Made by a program: the position numbers and the translations under genes
DNA from: Rhodoferax sp.
GTDB lineage: Bacteria > Pseudomonadota > Gammaproteobacteria > Burkholderiales > Burkholderiaceae_C
Direction: 5' to 3'
Length of the DNA: 64,000 nt
Assembly (NCBI GenBank): GCA_025351745.1
Contig: JANXVI010000160.1
Location: forward strand, 8,890-72,889
Shown: piece after piece, positions 8,611 through 18,078 of the stretch
Position numbering within the stretch: the stretch's first letter is position 1
Layout of the letters: each line of letters begins with the position of its first letter
The notes under the pieces: generated by a model
What the model saw: the letters and a program-made list of their open reading frames with translations, nothing else
Databases searched by the model: none
What the model was told of the DNA's origin: nothing

Positions 8611-10917
8611 TCAGAAGTCCGCCTTTAACGACACCTGGAAGCTGCGCGGCGTCTGGTACACGTACGTGTCGTAGGTGGTGGTTGCGCCGGTGCTGATGCC
8701 GGTGACCGCATGGTTATCCAACAGGTTGAATACATTGAGCTGCAATTTGACCTTCTTGCCAAAGGCGCTGCCACCATTGAAGGTGTAGGCCGCCGCCAGG
8801 TCCAGCGTGCCGTAACTGGGCGTTTGGTAATAGTCGTAATAGGCCACGCCGTTGATGGCAGCTTTACCCGCGGTGAAGTCTTTCTGGCGCACTGGGCCGG
8901 TCACTTTGTACAGCAAGGAGCCGGACCAAGCGCTATCGCTGTAAAGCGCACCCAGGGCTGCAGTGAACTCTGGCGCATTGGCCAATTGCAGACCTGTGTC
9001 GGTAGCTTTGGCATCGTTCAGAGAGCCATTCAGATAGGCCGACAACCCGCCACCCACCACGTAGGCCAATTGGCCTTCTACGCCTTGATAGGTAGCACCG
9101 CCGATGTTGGTGAAATAGCTATCCGTGCCGACCGTCACCGATTGCAATTTGTTGGTGAACTCAATGCGGTAGATGTCGGCATCCCAGGTCATGCGGTCCG
9201 ATTTACCAACGATGCCGAATTGGTAGTTGGTGGTCTTTTGTGGGTCGGTGCTGTTTAGGCTGGGGTTGGCTACGTACAGCGTGTTGAGGTCAGGAATCTG
9301 GAACCCCTTGGCATATTGGGCATACACCGCCAAGCCGTCGTTAATCTTCTGGTTGACGGTCAAGAAGGGCAATGTGGAGGTGTACGTCACTGAGCCTGAG
9401 TCGTTCACCAAGCGCGTGGTTTGCGCTACCGGCGAGGTCTGTGCGCGGGTGATGTTGATGTATTTGACGCCCGGTGTGATCTGAAGGTCTGATGTGACCA
9501 TCCACTCGTACTCGACATAAGGTTGGACCGTGCGTATCGTGGATTGCTGGTCAAACTTCACGCTATTAACAGGCCGGGTGCTACCCGGCAGCGCGCTGCT
9601 GGCAGGTACTCCAGGAATTGTTTTCTCGATCCCGTTGTACGCCATGTTGAGCGCATTGATGTCGTATTGGTGGCGGTCTGATGTTGAAGACTCCAACCAA
9701 AGACCAGCGCGCACCTGACCCGCATCCAATTGTTTGGTAGCCTTGAACATGTCGCCCCACACCCGGTATTTGTTTTGCTTGTCAATGCCGGGGATGACGG
9801 TCACCACACCACCTACCAATGTGCGCGGGTCTTTGTTGGTGGAGGGCGTCGTACCCATCCACGTGGGATCAGTGCTAGAGATAGTTTGGTTGTTGTACGC
9901 GTAGCTGTAGAGCGTGTTGTCCGTCTTCCAACCATTGCCCAAGTCGCTGCGAAGGCGGAGGTAGTCGAAGTCGGTGTCTTTGTTGGTGAAGTTGTAGCCC
10001 CAGTAATTCAGGCTACTCGGGTCGTTGTCCAACTGAAAATTTCGGCCATACAACGCGCTTTGCGACTGGGTGGAACCCTTGTTGCTGTCGGGCTGCTGGT
10101 ACTTGGTGTTGCTGATGGACGAGAAGAGGGTCAACACCGAACCGTCACCAACCTTGCGCTCATATTTCAGCGTCAGGTTCTGCGCTTTGATAGGGCTGTA
10201 GCTCAGGTAGCCATCAGACTGCAGATTTTGGTAGTTGAGTTGCAATGTCGCCTCGCCCGCGCCTTCCATGCGGCCACTCTCATAGCCCGCACCCAGCAAG
10301 CGTGTATTCCAACTGCCCAGTGTGGCGAAGAAGCTGGCAGACGGCTCCTTGGAGGGCTTCTTGGAGAACAGGTTGATGGACCCGCCAAAGGTTGCATAGC
10401 CTAGGTTGCTCGCGTTTCCGGGACCCCGTTCTACGACAGCACCCCCGATGACGGTGCCAGGAAAGAATGATGTGGAATGGTGGGCCGGGTTATTGGTATC
10501 GCCCCATGGGATGCCGTCGAATGTAATGTTGTACTGGTCATCGCTGAACCCACGCATGGTCTCTTTGGTCTCGCCCAGGCCCGGGCCATTGGCCGCCTCA
10601 CCCGACATGCTGGGCGCGATGTTGACGATGCGGCTGTATTCAGTGGTCGGTGCCACTGAGAGGTCGATGAACTCCCGGGTGATCACGGATTGGGGTTGGG
10701 TCGCATCCAGGCTGGCCTGGGTGGGGGCGATCGCTGACGCGGTACCCTTGGCCGCCGTTCCGTAGGCGCCCGACTGCACCGTAACGCTCACCGGTGCAAA
10801 TTCCACAGGCATCGTTCCACCATCGGCATAAGCGGCTTGTATGCCCAAAGCGAGGATGCTGAGGGTCAGGACCAAACGGGGACCGGATGGGGCGGTGGAG
10901 CGTAGTGTGTGTGTCAT
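8611..10917 (-). CDS. TonB-dependent receptor
   Basis: Signal peptide, plug motifs (MRGF, VERGPG), beta-barrel repeats, NVFNLLD and C-terminal Phe. ATG 10917 is preferred because the predicted promoter lies at 10953-10986. Confidence 0.9.
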   Translation of the reverse strand: MTHTLRSTAPSGPRLVLTLSILALGIQAAYADGGTMPVEFAPVSVTVQSGAYGTAAKGTASAIAPTQASLDATQPQSVITREFIDLSVAPTTEYSRIVNIAPSMSGEAANGPGLGETKETMRGFSDDQYNITFDGIPWGDTNNPAHHSTSFFPGTVIGGAVVERGPGNASNLGYATFGGSINLFSKKPSKEPSASFFATLGSWNTRLLGAGYESGRMEGAGEATLQLNYQNLQSDGYLSYSPIKAQNLTLKYERKVGDGSVLTLFSSISNTKYQQPDSNKGSTQSQSALYGRNFQLDNDPSSLNYWGYNFTNKDTDFDYLRLRSDLGNGWKTDNTLYSYAYNNQTISSTDPTWMGTTPSTNKDPRTLVGGVVTVIPGIDKQNKYRVWGDMFKATKQLDAGQVRAGLWLESSTSDRHQYDINALNMAYNGIEKTIPGVPASSALPGSTRPVNSVKFDQQSTIRTVQPYVEYEWMVTSDLQITPGVKYINITRAQTSPVAQTTRLVNDSGSVTYTSTLPFLTVNQKINDGLAVYAQYAKGFQIPDLNTLYVANPSLNSTDPQKTTNYQFGIVGKSDRMTWDADIYRIEFTNKLQSVTVGTDSYFTNIGGATYQGVEGQLAYVVGGGLSAYLNGSLNDAKATDTGLQLANAPEFTAALGALYSDSAWSGSLLYKVTGPVRQKDFTAGKAAINGVAYYDYYQTPSYGTLDLAAAYTFNGGSAFGKKVKLQLNVFNLLDNHAVTGISTGATTTYDTYVYQTPRSFQVSLKADF

Positions 10918-10952
10918 GGAGCGGGATTGGTGGTTACTGTGCAAAGCCATCG

Positions 10953-10986
10953 ACTATCCGCAATGGATATGACAGCACCAAGACAA
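10953..10986 (-). promoter_or_regulatory. Pho box plus -10 element
   Basis: Minus strand TTGTCTT-ggtg-CTGTCAT (Pho consensus CTGTCAT-N4-CTGTCAT), followed exactly 10 nt later by GATAGT. Confidence 0.65.
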
Positions 10987-11058
10987 TCAAAATATTTTCT
11001 ATACTGCAGCACCGTGAAAGCCAGACCAAAACGCCCACCCACCGCGTCGTCGACGCGT

Positions 11059-12084
11059 ATGCGGCGCGGGTGGTGGGTGGGACTTGCGATCGGCACCCTG
11101 TTCGCCGCACTGGCTTCGTTGTTTCTGCAACGGCCACACGCGCGGGACCTTCCCCCCGCACCGTCACATTACCTTGACGACCAGGCGGGCCTGCTGTCGC
11201 CCGCGTTTGCAGCAGCCAAAGACCAATACATCCAGCACCTGTCGCGCACCATGCGCATTGCACAAATCAACGTGGTCATACTGCCGACGGTGCCAGACGG
11301 TGATGTGGAAGGTTTCACCATTCGCGCCGCTTCGGCCTGGAAAGTGGGGACGGGCGGCGTGGACAACGGGCTGGTGCTTTTCATCTTTCGCGATGCACGC
11401 ATGCTGCGGCTGGAGGTGGGTTATGGACTGGAGTCGATCATTACCGATGCCACGGCCTCTGGCCTGCTATCGCAACACATAGTTCCAGCGTTTGCGCGGG
11501 GACAGTATGAGGTTGGAGTTGAAAACTTCCTGGATGCGCTGGACAAGACCCTGGAAGCCTCGGAGGCGGCAGACCATCGTGCGTCACCCATGGCAGCTAT
11601 GTTGCCGTTCGTGATCAATGTACTGCGCAACGCGCCACGTATTGCGCTACAGGGCTGGCGAATGTTCGTTGCCGCCGACACCCAGGAGCGCATGGTGATG
11701 TCACTCTTCGCCCTGGTGTTGTTGGCCGCGCTGGTGCGCGCACTCGTGGGTGTACTGCAGGGTATTCCTGCCCTGTTGATGCTCCCCGTTCGGCTGTACT
11801 CCAGCCCGTTGTGGCGTGAAATGGGTACGGCGTCCGTGCGGGCGCAGTTTTCACCGAAGACCTTTTTTACCCGGCAACCGCCCTTCTTGCTCCGCGTATT
11901 CGAGGAGCTCCAGCTCGGAGAGATCATCACCACGGTCTACTTTCTGGTGGGTATCGTGGGTGGCATCGCATTTCTATTCGTGGGCTCCAGCGTCCTGATA
12001 GGGGGCTTGGGTCACTACGGGGGTGCGGGTGCCACGGTGCAATGGCCCGCTCTAAGCACGTGCACCGATTTGGCACTATGCTGA
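11059..12084 (+). CDS. TPM-domain membrane protein
   Basis: DQAGLLS, DNGLVLFI and RLEVGYGLE motifs; C-terminal GGxGHYGGAGA tail; start approximate. Confidence 0.8.
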   Translation: MRRGWWVGLAIGTLFAALASLFLQRPHARDLPPAPSHYLDDQAGLLSPAFAAAKDQYIQHLSRTMRIAQINVVILPTVPDGDVEGFTIRAASAWKVGTGGVDNGLVLFIFRDARMLRLEVGYGLESIITDATASGLLSQHIVPAFARGQYEVGVENFLDALDKTLEASEAADHRASPMAAMLPFVINVLRNAPRIALQGWRMFVAADTQERMVMSLFALVLLAALVRALVGVLQGIPALLMLPVRLYSSPLWREMGTASVRAQFSPKTFFTRQPPFLLRVFEELQLGEIITTVYFLVGIVGGIAFLFVGSSVLIGGLGHYGGAGATVQWPALSTCTDLALC

Positions 12085-12130
12085 CACAATCCTTCCATCC
12101 GATTTACAAGCTATTTTATAAGGTGCATGC

Positions 12131-13111
12131 ATGCAATACCGCCGTCTGGGCCGCAGTGGCCTCCAGGTCAGTACGTTGTCATTAGGGTCCTGGGTCACGT
12201 ACCACAACCAGGTTGATGTGTCCGCCGCCAAAGAGATGCTGGCCGCCGCCTATGACGCAGGTGTGAATTTTTTCGACAATGCCGAGGTCTACGCTTTAGG
12301 CAAGAGCGAGACCGTCATGGGCGAGGCCATCAAGGCACTCAACTGGCCACGGCTCAACTACGTGGTGTCTACCAAGTTCTTCTGGGGCCTGTCGCGCGAC
12401 GAGCAGCCCATCAACCGCAAGGACACGCTGAACCGCAAGTATTTGATGCAGGCCATGGACGGATCGCTCAAGCGCATGGGCCTTGACTTTATCGACCTGG
12501 TGTATTGCCACCGGCCAGACCCCCACACACCCATCGAAGAAACGGTGCGGGCCATGAGCGACATGATCAGCCAGGGCAAGGCCTTGTACTGGGGCACCAG
12601 CGAATGGTCGGCCAGTGACATCCGCGCGGCCTGGGAAATCGCCGAACGCCACCACCTGCACAAGCCCGTCATGGAGCAGCCGCAGTACAACGTGTTGCAC
12701 CGCAAGCGCGTGGAGGTGGAATACGCCCGCCTGTACGAAGACATTGGCTTGGGCCTGACCACCTGGAGCCCGCTGGCCAGTGGCCTGCTGACCGGCAAGT
12801 ACCGCAGTGGCGTGCCCGAGGGCAGTCGTGGCTCCGTCAAGGGTATGGATTTTTTACTCAAGGGATTGACCGATGCGGCCCGCAATGCAGCGGTAACCCA
12901 GCTCGAGGTAGTGGCTTCCGAATTGGAATGCACGCTGGGCCAACTGGCCATTGCCTGGGCGGCGCACAACCCGCGCGTCAGCACGGTCATCACCGGTGCC
13001 TCGCGCATGTCTCAGCTACAAGAAAACCTGGGCGCCCTGGACGTGACTTCGAAACTCACACCGGCGGTGCTGGAGAAAATTGACACCGCCACATTGGCGT
13101 TAGCGGAGTAA
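12131..13111 (+). CDS. Aldo/keto reductase (Kv-beta-like)
   Basis: [40 protein letters not shown]. Confidence 0.9.
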   Translation: MQYRRLGRSGLQVSTLSLGSWVTYHNQVDVSAAKEMLAAAYDAGVNFFDNAEVYALGKSETVMGEAIKALNWPRLNYVVSTKFFWGLSRDEQPINRKDTLNRKYLMQAMDGSLKRMGLDFIDLVYCHRPDPHTPIEETVRAMSDMISQGKALYWGTSEWSASDIRAAWEIAERHHLHKPVMEQPQYNVLHRKRVEVEYARLYEDIGLGLTTWSPLASGLLTGKYRSGVPEGSRGSVKGMDFLLKGLTDAARNAAVTQLEVVASELECTLGQLAIAWAAHNPRVSTVITGASRMSQLQENLGALDVTSKLTPAVLEKIDTATLALAE

Positions 13112-13126
13112 GCACACAAGGCCACT

Positions 13127-13834
13127 ATGTCCGTGCCTGCACCGCTTGGTGTCCCGCGTGGCACGCAGCCCAAGGCGGTCGTCTACGAGGCCCTGACGAC
13201 CAAATCGCTATTTTTTTCCTTGCAGGATGTGCAAAGCCACATGCACATCCTGCGGCCCGAAGAGCTGCAGCTGGAATACACGCGGATCATGATGGGCTTC
13301 TTGTTGCACCAGCCGCAGCCCGTACGCATTGCCATGATCGGCCTGGGTGGCGGGTCATTGGCCAAGTTTTGCTACCGATATTTACCGGACGCCGTCGTCG
13401 AGGTCGCAGAAATCAACCCACATGTGCTGGCCTTGCGAGACAGTTTTGCCATACCTGCCAACGACCACCGGTTCTGTGTGAAACTTGCCGATGGCGCGGA
13501 ATTCGTCAAAGCAACCCAGCAAAAATTTGATGTCTTGCTGGCGGACGGCTTCGACGTGGGTGGCCTGCCAGAGGCGCTGAGCACGCAACAGTATTACGAC
13601 GACTGCTTCCGGCTCCTTCAACCCGGTGGCGTGTTGGTGGCCAATCTGCATGGGCCCAATACGGAGGTAGAAACCGTGCTGACCCGCATACGCTGCAGCT
13701 TCCATGGCCCCGTGCTGACGGTACAAGACCCCGAGGCCACCAACCGCATCGCCTTTGCGGTCAAGGGCGATCCGCAGGCCCTGCTGTCCCTCGCCGGTGT
13801 GCGACGTCCTGCCGGGTTTGACGACCAGGCCTAG
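13127..13834 (+). CDS. Spermidine synthase-like SAM-dependent transferase (possibly truncated by a premature TAG)
   Basis: IGLGGGSL and EINP motifs; the frame stays open for 25 more codons after the TAG, to 13912. Confidence 0.75.
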   Translation: MSVPAPLGVPRGTQPKAVVYEALTTKSLFFSLQDVQSHMHILRPEELQLEYTRIMMGFLLHQPQPVRIAMIGLGGGSLAKFCYRYLPDAVVEVAEINPHVLALRDSFAIPANDHRFCVKLADGAEFVKATQQKFDVLLADGFDVGGLPEALSTQQYYDDCFRLLQPGGVLVANLHGPNTEVETVLTRIRCSFHGPVLTVQDPEATNRIAFAVKGDPQALLSLAGVRRPAGFDDQA

Positions 13835-14072
13835 CACGACCTGATGCCCAGCCTGGCACGTGTGTTTCTTGCGTCCCGGGAATTGAGACGGAACCACCAG
13901 CCCGTCACATAAAAAGCCACCGCACTGCTACGGTTTTGTTACAGTCTCCTGGCTTGCACGGACCATCCCAGGAAATTTTCTCCATGTTCCCTACTGCCGC
14001 CCGCACCGCACTCGCTTTGTCAGCGGCATGTACGTCGGCGCAGGTCCTCCCGACTGCGCTGAAAGGACTGCC

Positions 14073-14540
14073 ATGACGCCCAGTGAGTTCGCCACCTTCA
14101 AATACCAGCACTCCGAAGGGACACACCGCAGCAAGCCGCGCGTAGTGGTCACTGCCGCCTGCCTCGCAGGGGCCGCGCTATCCAGCGCGCTTTCAATCTT
14201 CCCATTGGGTATCGTGCTATTGGTTATCGCCGCCATCGCATGGTTTTCGTCACCGCGCCAATTGCTGCTGGGGCCGCGCTACCTGCTGTGTGGCAATTCC
14301 ATCGTGTATTTCGGCAATGTGAAGCAGATGGATTTGTCAGCGGCGCAAGGCAAGTTAAGGCTTGAATGCAAAAACGGCGCGGCATTCGTTCTGGAGCGCG
14401 ACAAGTTTCCGACCAGCGCGCGCAAAGCCAACAAGATCGCCAAAAACAAGGCCGCTAAATTCGACAAGGTGTCTTCCAAGATCATGGAAAAAGTGCGTGC
14501 GGCGACTGCCAATGCTGTACGCGCAGGAAAATCGAAATGA
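14073..14540 (+). CDS. Small membrane protein (two TM helices, basic C-terminal domain); first gene of the radical SAM operon
   Basis: AAAGGA SD before ATG 14073; its stop overlaps the radical SAM start (ATGA). Confidence 0.7.
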   Translation: MTPSEFATFKYQHSEGTHRSKPRVVVTAACLAGAALSSALSIFPLGIVLLVIAAIAWFSSPRQLLLGPRYLLCGNSIVYFGNVKQMDLSAAQGKLRLECKNGAAFVLERDKFPTSARKANKIAKNKAAKFDKVSSKIMEKVRAATANAVRAGKSK

Positions 14541-16396
14541 ACACGGTCTTAGCCACGGCCATACCTTTCGCGAACACATCACCCAAGCTTCACAAGCCGC
14601 CCAGCCGCGCCATCCACCTGCTGTATGTGCCCACGTTGTGTTGCAACCTGAGCTGCAGCTATTGCTACCTGGGCAAGCAAACAACCGAGGCTGCCCTCAA
14701 GCTGGATGCACAGCGCGCCGTGCATACGCTGCGCCACGCTTTGGACGCGATGCAGCAGGCCGGCGTGCTGGCCTTTAACGTGTCCTTGCACGGCGGCGAA
14801 GTGACGACGCTGCCCAAGCCCGTGCTGGAAGAACTGTTTGGCGTGATCCGCAACCACTACCTCCAAAACTTCGATGCGCTCAATGCGCAAGGACACAAGA
14901 AGTCCGCGCCCCACATCAAGACCAACCTGTTCAAGTTTGCACCGCTCTACGAACTGTTTGATCGACACAAGGTCTCCATCAGCGCCAGCATTGATTTGCC
15001 GCTGGCGCTGCACGCCAAGCACCGCACCACCCGCGGCGGCACCGACTGGCTGCCGCGCACGCTGGAGAACATCCGCCTGCTGGCGCGCTATCCGCACGCC
15101 AAGAAAATTTCGGCCACGCTCTCCAGTGAGCACCTGAGCGACATACCCGCGCTGATCAAGGACATCTGGACCATTCACCGTGAACTGGGCTTCGACATGA
15201 ACCAGTTCAACCTGATGTTTGCGTTTGGCTCCGAGCTCAACCGCGCCGCCAAGGGCGAAGGCGCATTGGCCCCCACCACGCCAGCACAACAGCAACAGTT
15301 GTATGACGCCTTGAAGGCGGAGTTCACTGGAACCGAGTTGGAGGAGGGGCTGCTGCGCAATTGGTTTGACGAGTTCAAACCGTCTTACTGCACCAATGCC
15401 TCAAACTGCGGCGAACGCTTCTATCTGCTGCAAAGCGATGGCGCTGTCTACTCCTGCGTGCGGGGCCAGGGCATTGCAGAATTTCGCTACGGTAATGTGT
15501 TTGAAGACCCTATCCTCGACATCCTCGACAACGGCGCGCGCAAGATACGGCAGGTGCACCAAGCCCACGGGTTCGACAAATCCTGCCAGGGCTGCGGCCA
15601 CCTGTCGACTTGCAACACCGGCTGCCCGGTCGTCAAATACCAGACCAGAAATCCACGCTCCTACACCTGCGGCCTGCAAAAGACCATTTACGCGGACAAC
15701 CCGCTGTCTTACCCGGCCGACAGCCCTGATGAACAGCGGGACTATGCGCAGCAGTACGCGCACACCACGCACCCCAGCCTCGCGTTTGCCAAGGTGCCCG
15801 CACGGGCCACACCGGACCGACTGATGCTGCCCAACGACCTGGGTGATAGCAAGAACACCTTGCAAGCCCTCATTGCCAATGACGCGGTTTTGCAAGGGGT
15901 ATTCAGCGCCACCGCGTTCGTATTGGAATTGGGCGAGGAGACTATCCCGTTGGACTCGCAACTGCTCAAGCAACAGCGCACGCAGCACACGGTGGTCACT
16001 GGCGACCGCATCGTGTTGCACCTGCGCCGCGACGTGCTGCTGGTCCACTGCGACGAGCCCATTCGCAACACGCTGTACCTGCAACTGCTGCGCGACACAC
16101 CAGTCGTCTATGGCGACGAGCAACGTACCAAGCAAGAACATGTGTTTACGTACCAGCTCTATACCAACTGCATGCAGCCCAGTGCTCGCTATGGCTCAGA
16201 CTACCTGCAATGCGATCTGTCGGGTCTGCTGGCTTTGCACAGCGCGCTTTTTTTGCGCGGGGTTTTGAACAATCTGTTTGTGACAACCGGCTACCTGCGC
16301 GACTACCACTACCAGAAGCAAAAGAACAACGCGTTCTACCATGTGCAGACGGCGAACCTGCCATTTCAGAATTTTGAATTTCATTACTTGCCTTGA
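14537..16396 (+). CDS. Radical SAM protein with SPASM-type auxiliary cysteines and a ~200-aa C-terminal extension
   Basis: CNLSCSYC (CX3CX2C), LHGGE; auxiliary Cys pattern YCTNASNC...YSC...CQGCGHLSTCNTGCP...YTC. Confidence 0.9.
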   Translation: MNTVLATAIPFANTSPKLHKPPSRAIHLLYVPTLCCNLSCSYCYLGKQTTEAALKLDAQRAVHTLRHALDAMQQAGVLAFNVSLHGGEVTTLPKPVLEELFGVIRNHYLQNFDALNAQGHKKSAPHIKTNLFKFAPLYELFDRHKVSISASIDLPLALHAKHRTTRGGTDWLPRTLENIRLLARYPHAKKISATLSSEHLSDIPALIKDIWTIHRELGFDMNQFNLMFAFGSELNRAAKGEGALAPTTPAQQQQLYDALKAEFTGTELEEGLLRNWFDEFKPSYCTNASNCGERFYLLQSDGAVYSCVRGQGIAEFRYGNVFEDPILDILDNGARKIRQVHQAHGFDKSCQGCGHLSTCNTGCPVVKYQTRNPRSYTCGLQKTIYADNPLSYPADSPDEQRDYAQQYAHTTHPSLAFAKVPARATPDRLMLPNDLGDSKNTLQALIANDAVLQGVFSATAFVLELGEETIPLDSQLLKQQRTQHTVVTGDRIVLHLRRDVLLVHCDEPIRNTLYLQLLRDTPVVYGDEQRTKQEHVFTYQLYTNCMQPSARYGSDYLQCDLSGLLALHSALFLRGVLNNLFVTTGYLRDYHYQKQKNNAFYHVQTANLPFQNFEFHYLP

Positions 16397-16424
16397 ATCT
16401 CTGCACTGACCCGGAGTACCCACC

Positions 16425-16865
16425 ATGCAGCCCCCCGATTTACAACGTACTGCCTATACCGTTGAATGCTTTCTGAACGCCCTGCGGCTTGACGACGGGC
16501 CGCAGCGCACCGAGCTGGAAGAGACTTTGGTGCGTTGGCTGGTCGATGGCACGCGCTTGAAAGACGACCACTTGATCTACCAGGATGGGGCGGTGTCTTG
16601 CTACAGCCGGGGCCGTGTCACCGCGACCTATCCGGTGCCATTGGCCCGTCAGGCCAAAACCATCTGGTGCAACTCCGCCAAGCTATCGGCGATCGACGGC
16701 CCGGCGTTCAGCCAAAACGCGCAACTGGTCATGCTGGGGACCGGTGGTCTGTTGTTGGCAATGCCCGGTATGACCCCTGCGGCTACCGCGACTGCAAAAG
16801 ACAATCAACGCAGCAGTAATAACAATAACAACAATAATAATAACAACAACAATAACAACGGATAG
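16425..16865 (+). CDS. Hypothetical 146-aa protein with a C-terminal poly-Asn (N14) tail
   Basis: GGAG SD; starts 28 nt after the radical SAM stop; ends DNQRSS-N14-G. Confidence 0.65.
   Translation: MQPPDLQRTAYTVECFLNALRLDDGPQRTELEETLVRWLVDGTRLKDDHLIYQDGAVSCYSRGRVTATYPVPLARQAKTIWCNSAKLSAIDGPAFSQNAQLVMLGTGGLLLAMPGMTPAATATAKDNQRSSNNNNNNNNNNNNNNG
16818..16859 (+). repeat. (AAY)14 coding repeat
   Basis: 14 consecutive Asn codons with AAT and AAC interleaved. Confidence 0.95.
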
Positions 16866-16881
16866 GCTGAGACTGGCTGGG

Positions 16882-17838
16882 TCAGTTGTCCCAGTCACCG
16901 CCGCCGTCAGACGCGCCGCCGCTGTCCCACGAGCCGCCGTCGTTGATGCCAAAGTCGGCGCCGCCCATGTCGGGGTTGGTATTGCCAATCGGTTGGTAGC
17001 TGTCGTTGCTGTTGCCACGCATGCCGTTATCCAACTGGCTTGCGTCCGCGTGGTTGTGGTGACCCGCCAGGTTGCGGCCAATGGCTTCGGCGGCCATGAC
17101 GCCCGCGCCCACGGCCAAGCCGGTGGCCACACCGCCCATGATGCGCCCGCCGAGCCCCGAACCAGCTTGCTGGTGGGGGTAGCCTCCAGCAGGCGGATAG
17201 CCCCCAGGCATGGCGGTGCCACCGCCACCGCCCATGCCAAAGGTCTGCGGTCCGCTAAGCCCGCCTTGTTGCAGGCCATAGCCGCCTGACTGGGGCGAAG
17301 GAGCGGGAGCGCGGCGCCGGAAAATGAAATAGCCCGCTGCGATGGCAATACCCGCCAACAGCAGTGGCATGCCCCAAGAAGAAGACGAAGGCGATGCTTG
17401 CTGCGGGCTGTTGGTTTGCGCCGGGCGCGTGAAGCCGGTGTCGGCTGCTGCGGTCACTGCGCTCGGAGCCAAGCCACTCTGAGCCGTGGGTGCATTGCGG
17501 CCAGCGAGTTGCGTGCGCAACGCCTGCACTGCTTCGGGTTTGGCAAAGGCAAGGCCAGGCAACAGCTGGTCTGCCGTGGCCAGCGACTCACGGGCGCGGT
17601 TCAGCTCACCTTGGCGTGCATACAACTCGGCCCGCACAAAGTGCGCCTTGGCGCTCTTGGGGTGGGCTACCAGCACCTGCTGGATCATGACCTGGGCCTG
17701 GTCTAGTTTGCCTGCGTTAGCCGTCGTGTAAACCTCGTTCAACGTAGGTTCCGCCTGGGCCATGGCAAGACCAGCACCCAACAAGGTTGCGACCAGAAGC
17801 CACCGGGCCGCGCGTTGGGACAGCGAAGAGAACTGCAT
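16882..17838 (-). CDS. Exported TPR protein with a TM helix and Gly/Asp-rich C-terminal tail
   Basis: Signal peptide, TPR-like helices (HPKSAKAHF), GLAVGAG glycine-rich segment, tail DFGINDGGSWD; GAAGGAG SD 9 nt before ATG 17838. Confidence 0.75.
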   Translation of the reverse strand: MQFSSLSQRAARWLLVATLLGAGLAMAQAEPTLNEVYTTANAGKLDQAQVMIQQVLVAHPKSAKAHFVRAELYARQGELNRARESLATADQLLPGLAFAKPEAVQALRTQLAGRNAPTAQSGLAPSAVTAAADTGFTRPAQTNSPQQASPSSSSWGMPLLLAGIAIAAGYFIFRRRAPAPSPQSGGYGLQQGGLSGPQTFGMGGGGGTAMPGGYPPAGGYPHQQAGSGLGGRIMGGVATGLAVGAGVMAAEAIGRNLAGHHNHADASQLDNGMRGNSNDSYQPIGNTNPDMGGADFGINDGGSWDSGGASDGGGDWDN

Positions 17839-17956
17839 AGACTTCATCTCCTTCAAACAGAATGTTATTTGTATAACCCAGATGGTGCCGGACACTTTCA
17901 TTTCAAGTGACGACCAAGCGGTAACGAGCCGCCTGTACACTGCGGACCGACACAAC

Positions 17957-17995
17957 GCGCTCACTTTGATAGCTATTGACGCGTATTCCACGAAC
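17957..17995 (+). repeat. Degenerate partial R1 repeat
   Basis: GCTCACTTTGATAGC...GCGTATTCCACGA matches the first two-thirds of the R1 consensus. Confidence 0.4.
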
Positions 17996-18078
17996 ACGAA
18001 CGATATACCCACTACCGGGTAACGGCATCAAGTACGCACCACATGCAGCTGCGCAGCGCGCCAGTCGGTTAGCTGATT

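Noticed and set aside
14027-14046. CATGTACG-TCGG-CGCAGGTC as a thirteenth CRP-like box upstream of the radical SAM operon
   Set aside because: The right half-site is broken and there is no -10-like hexamer at 29.5 bp (GACTGC).
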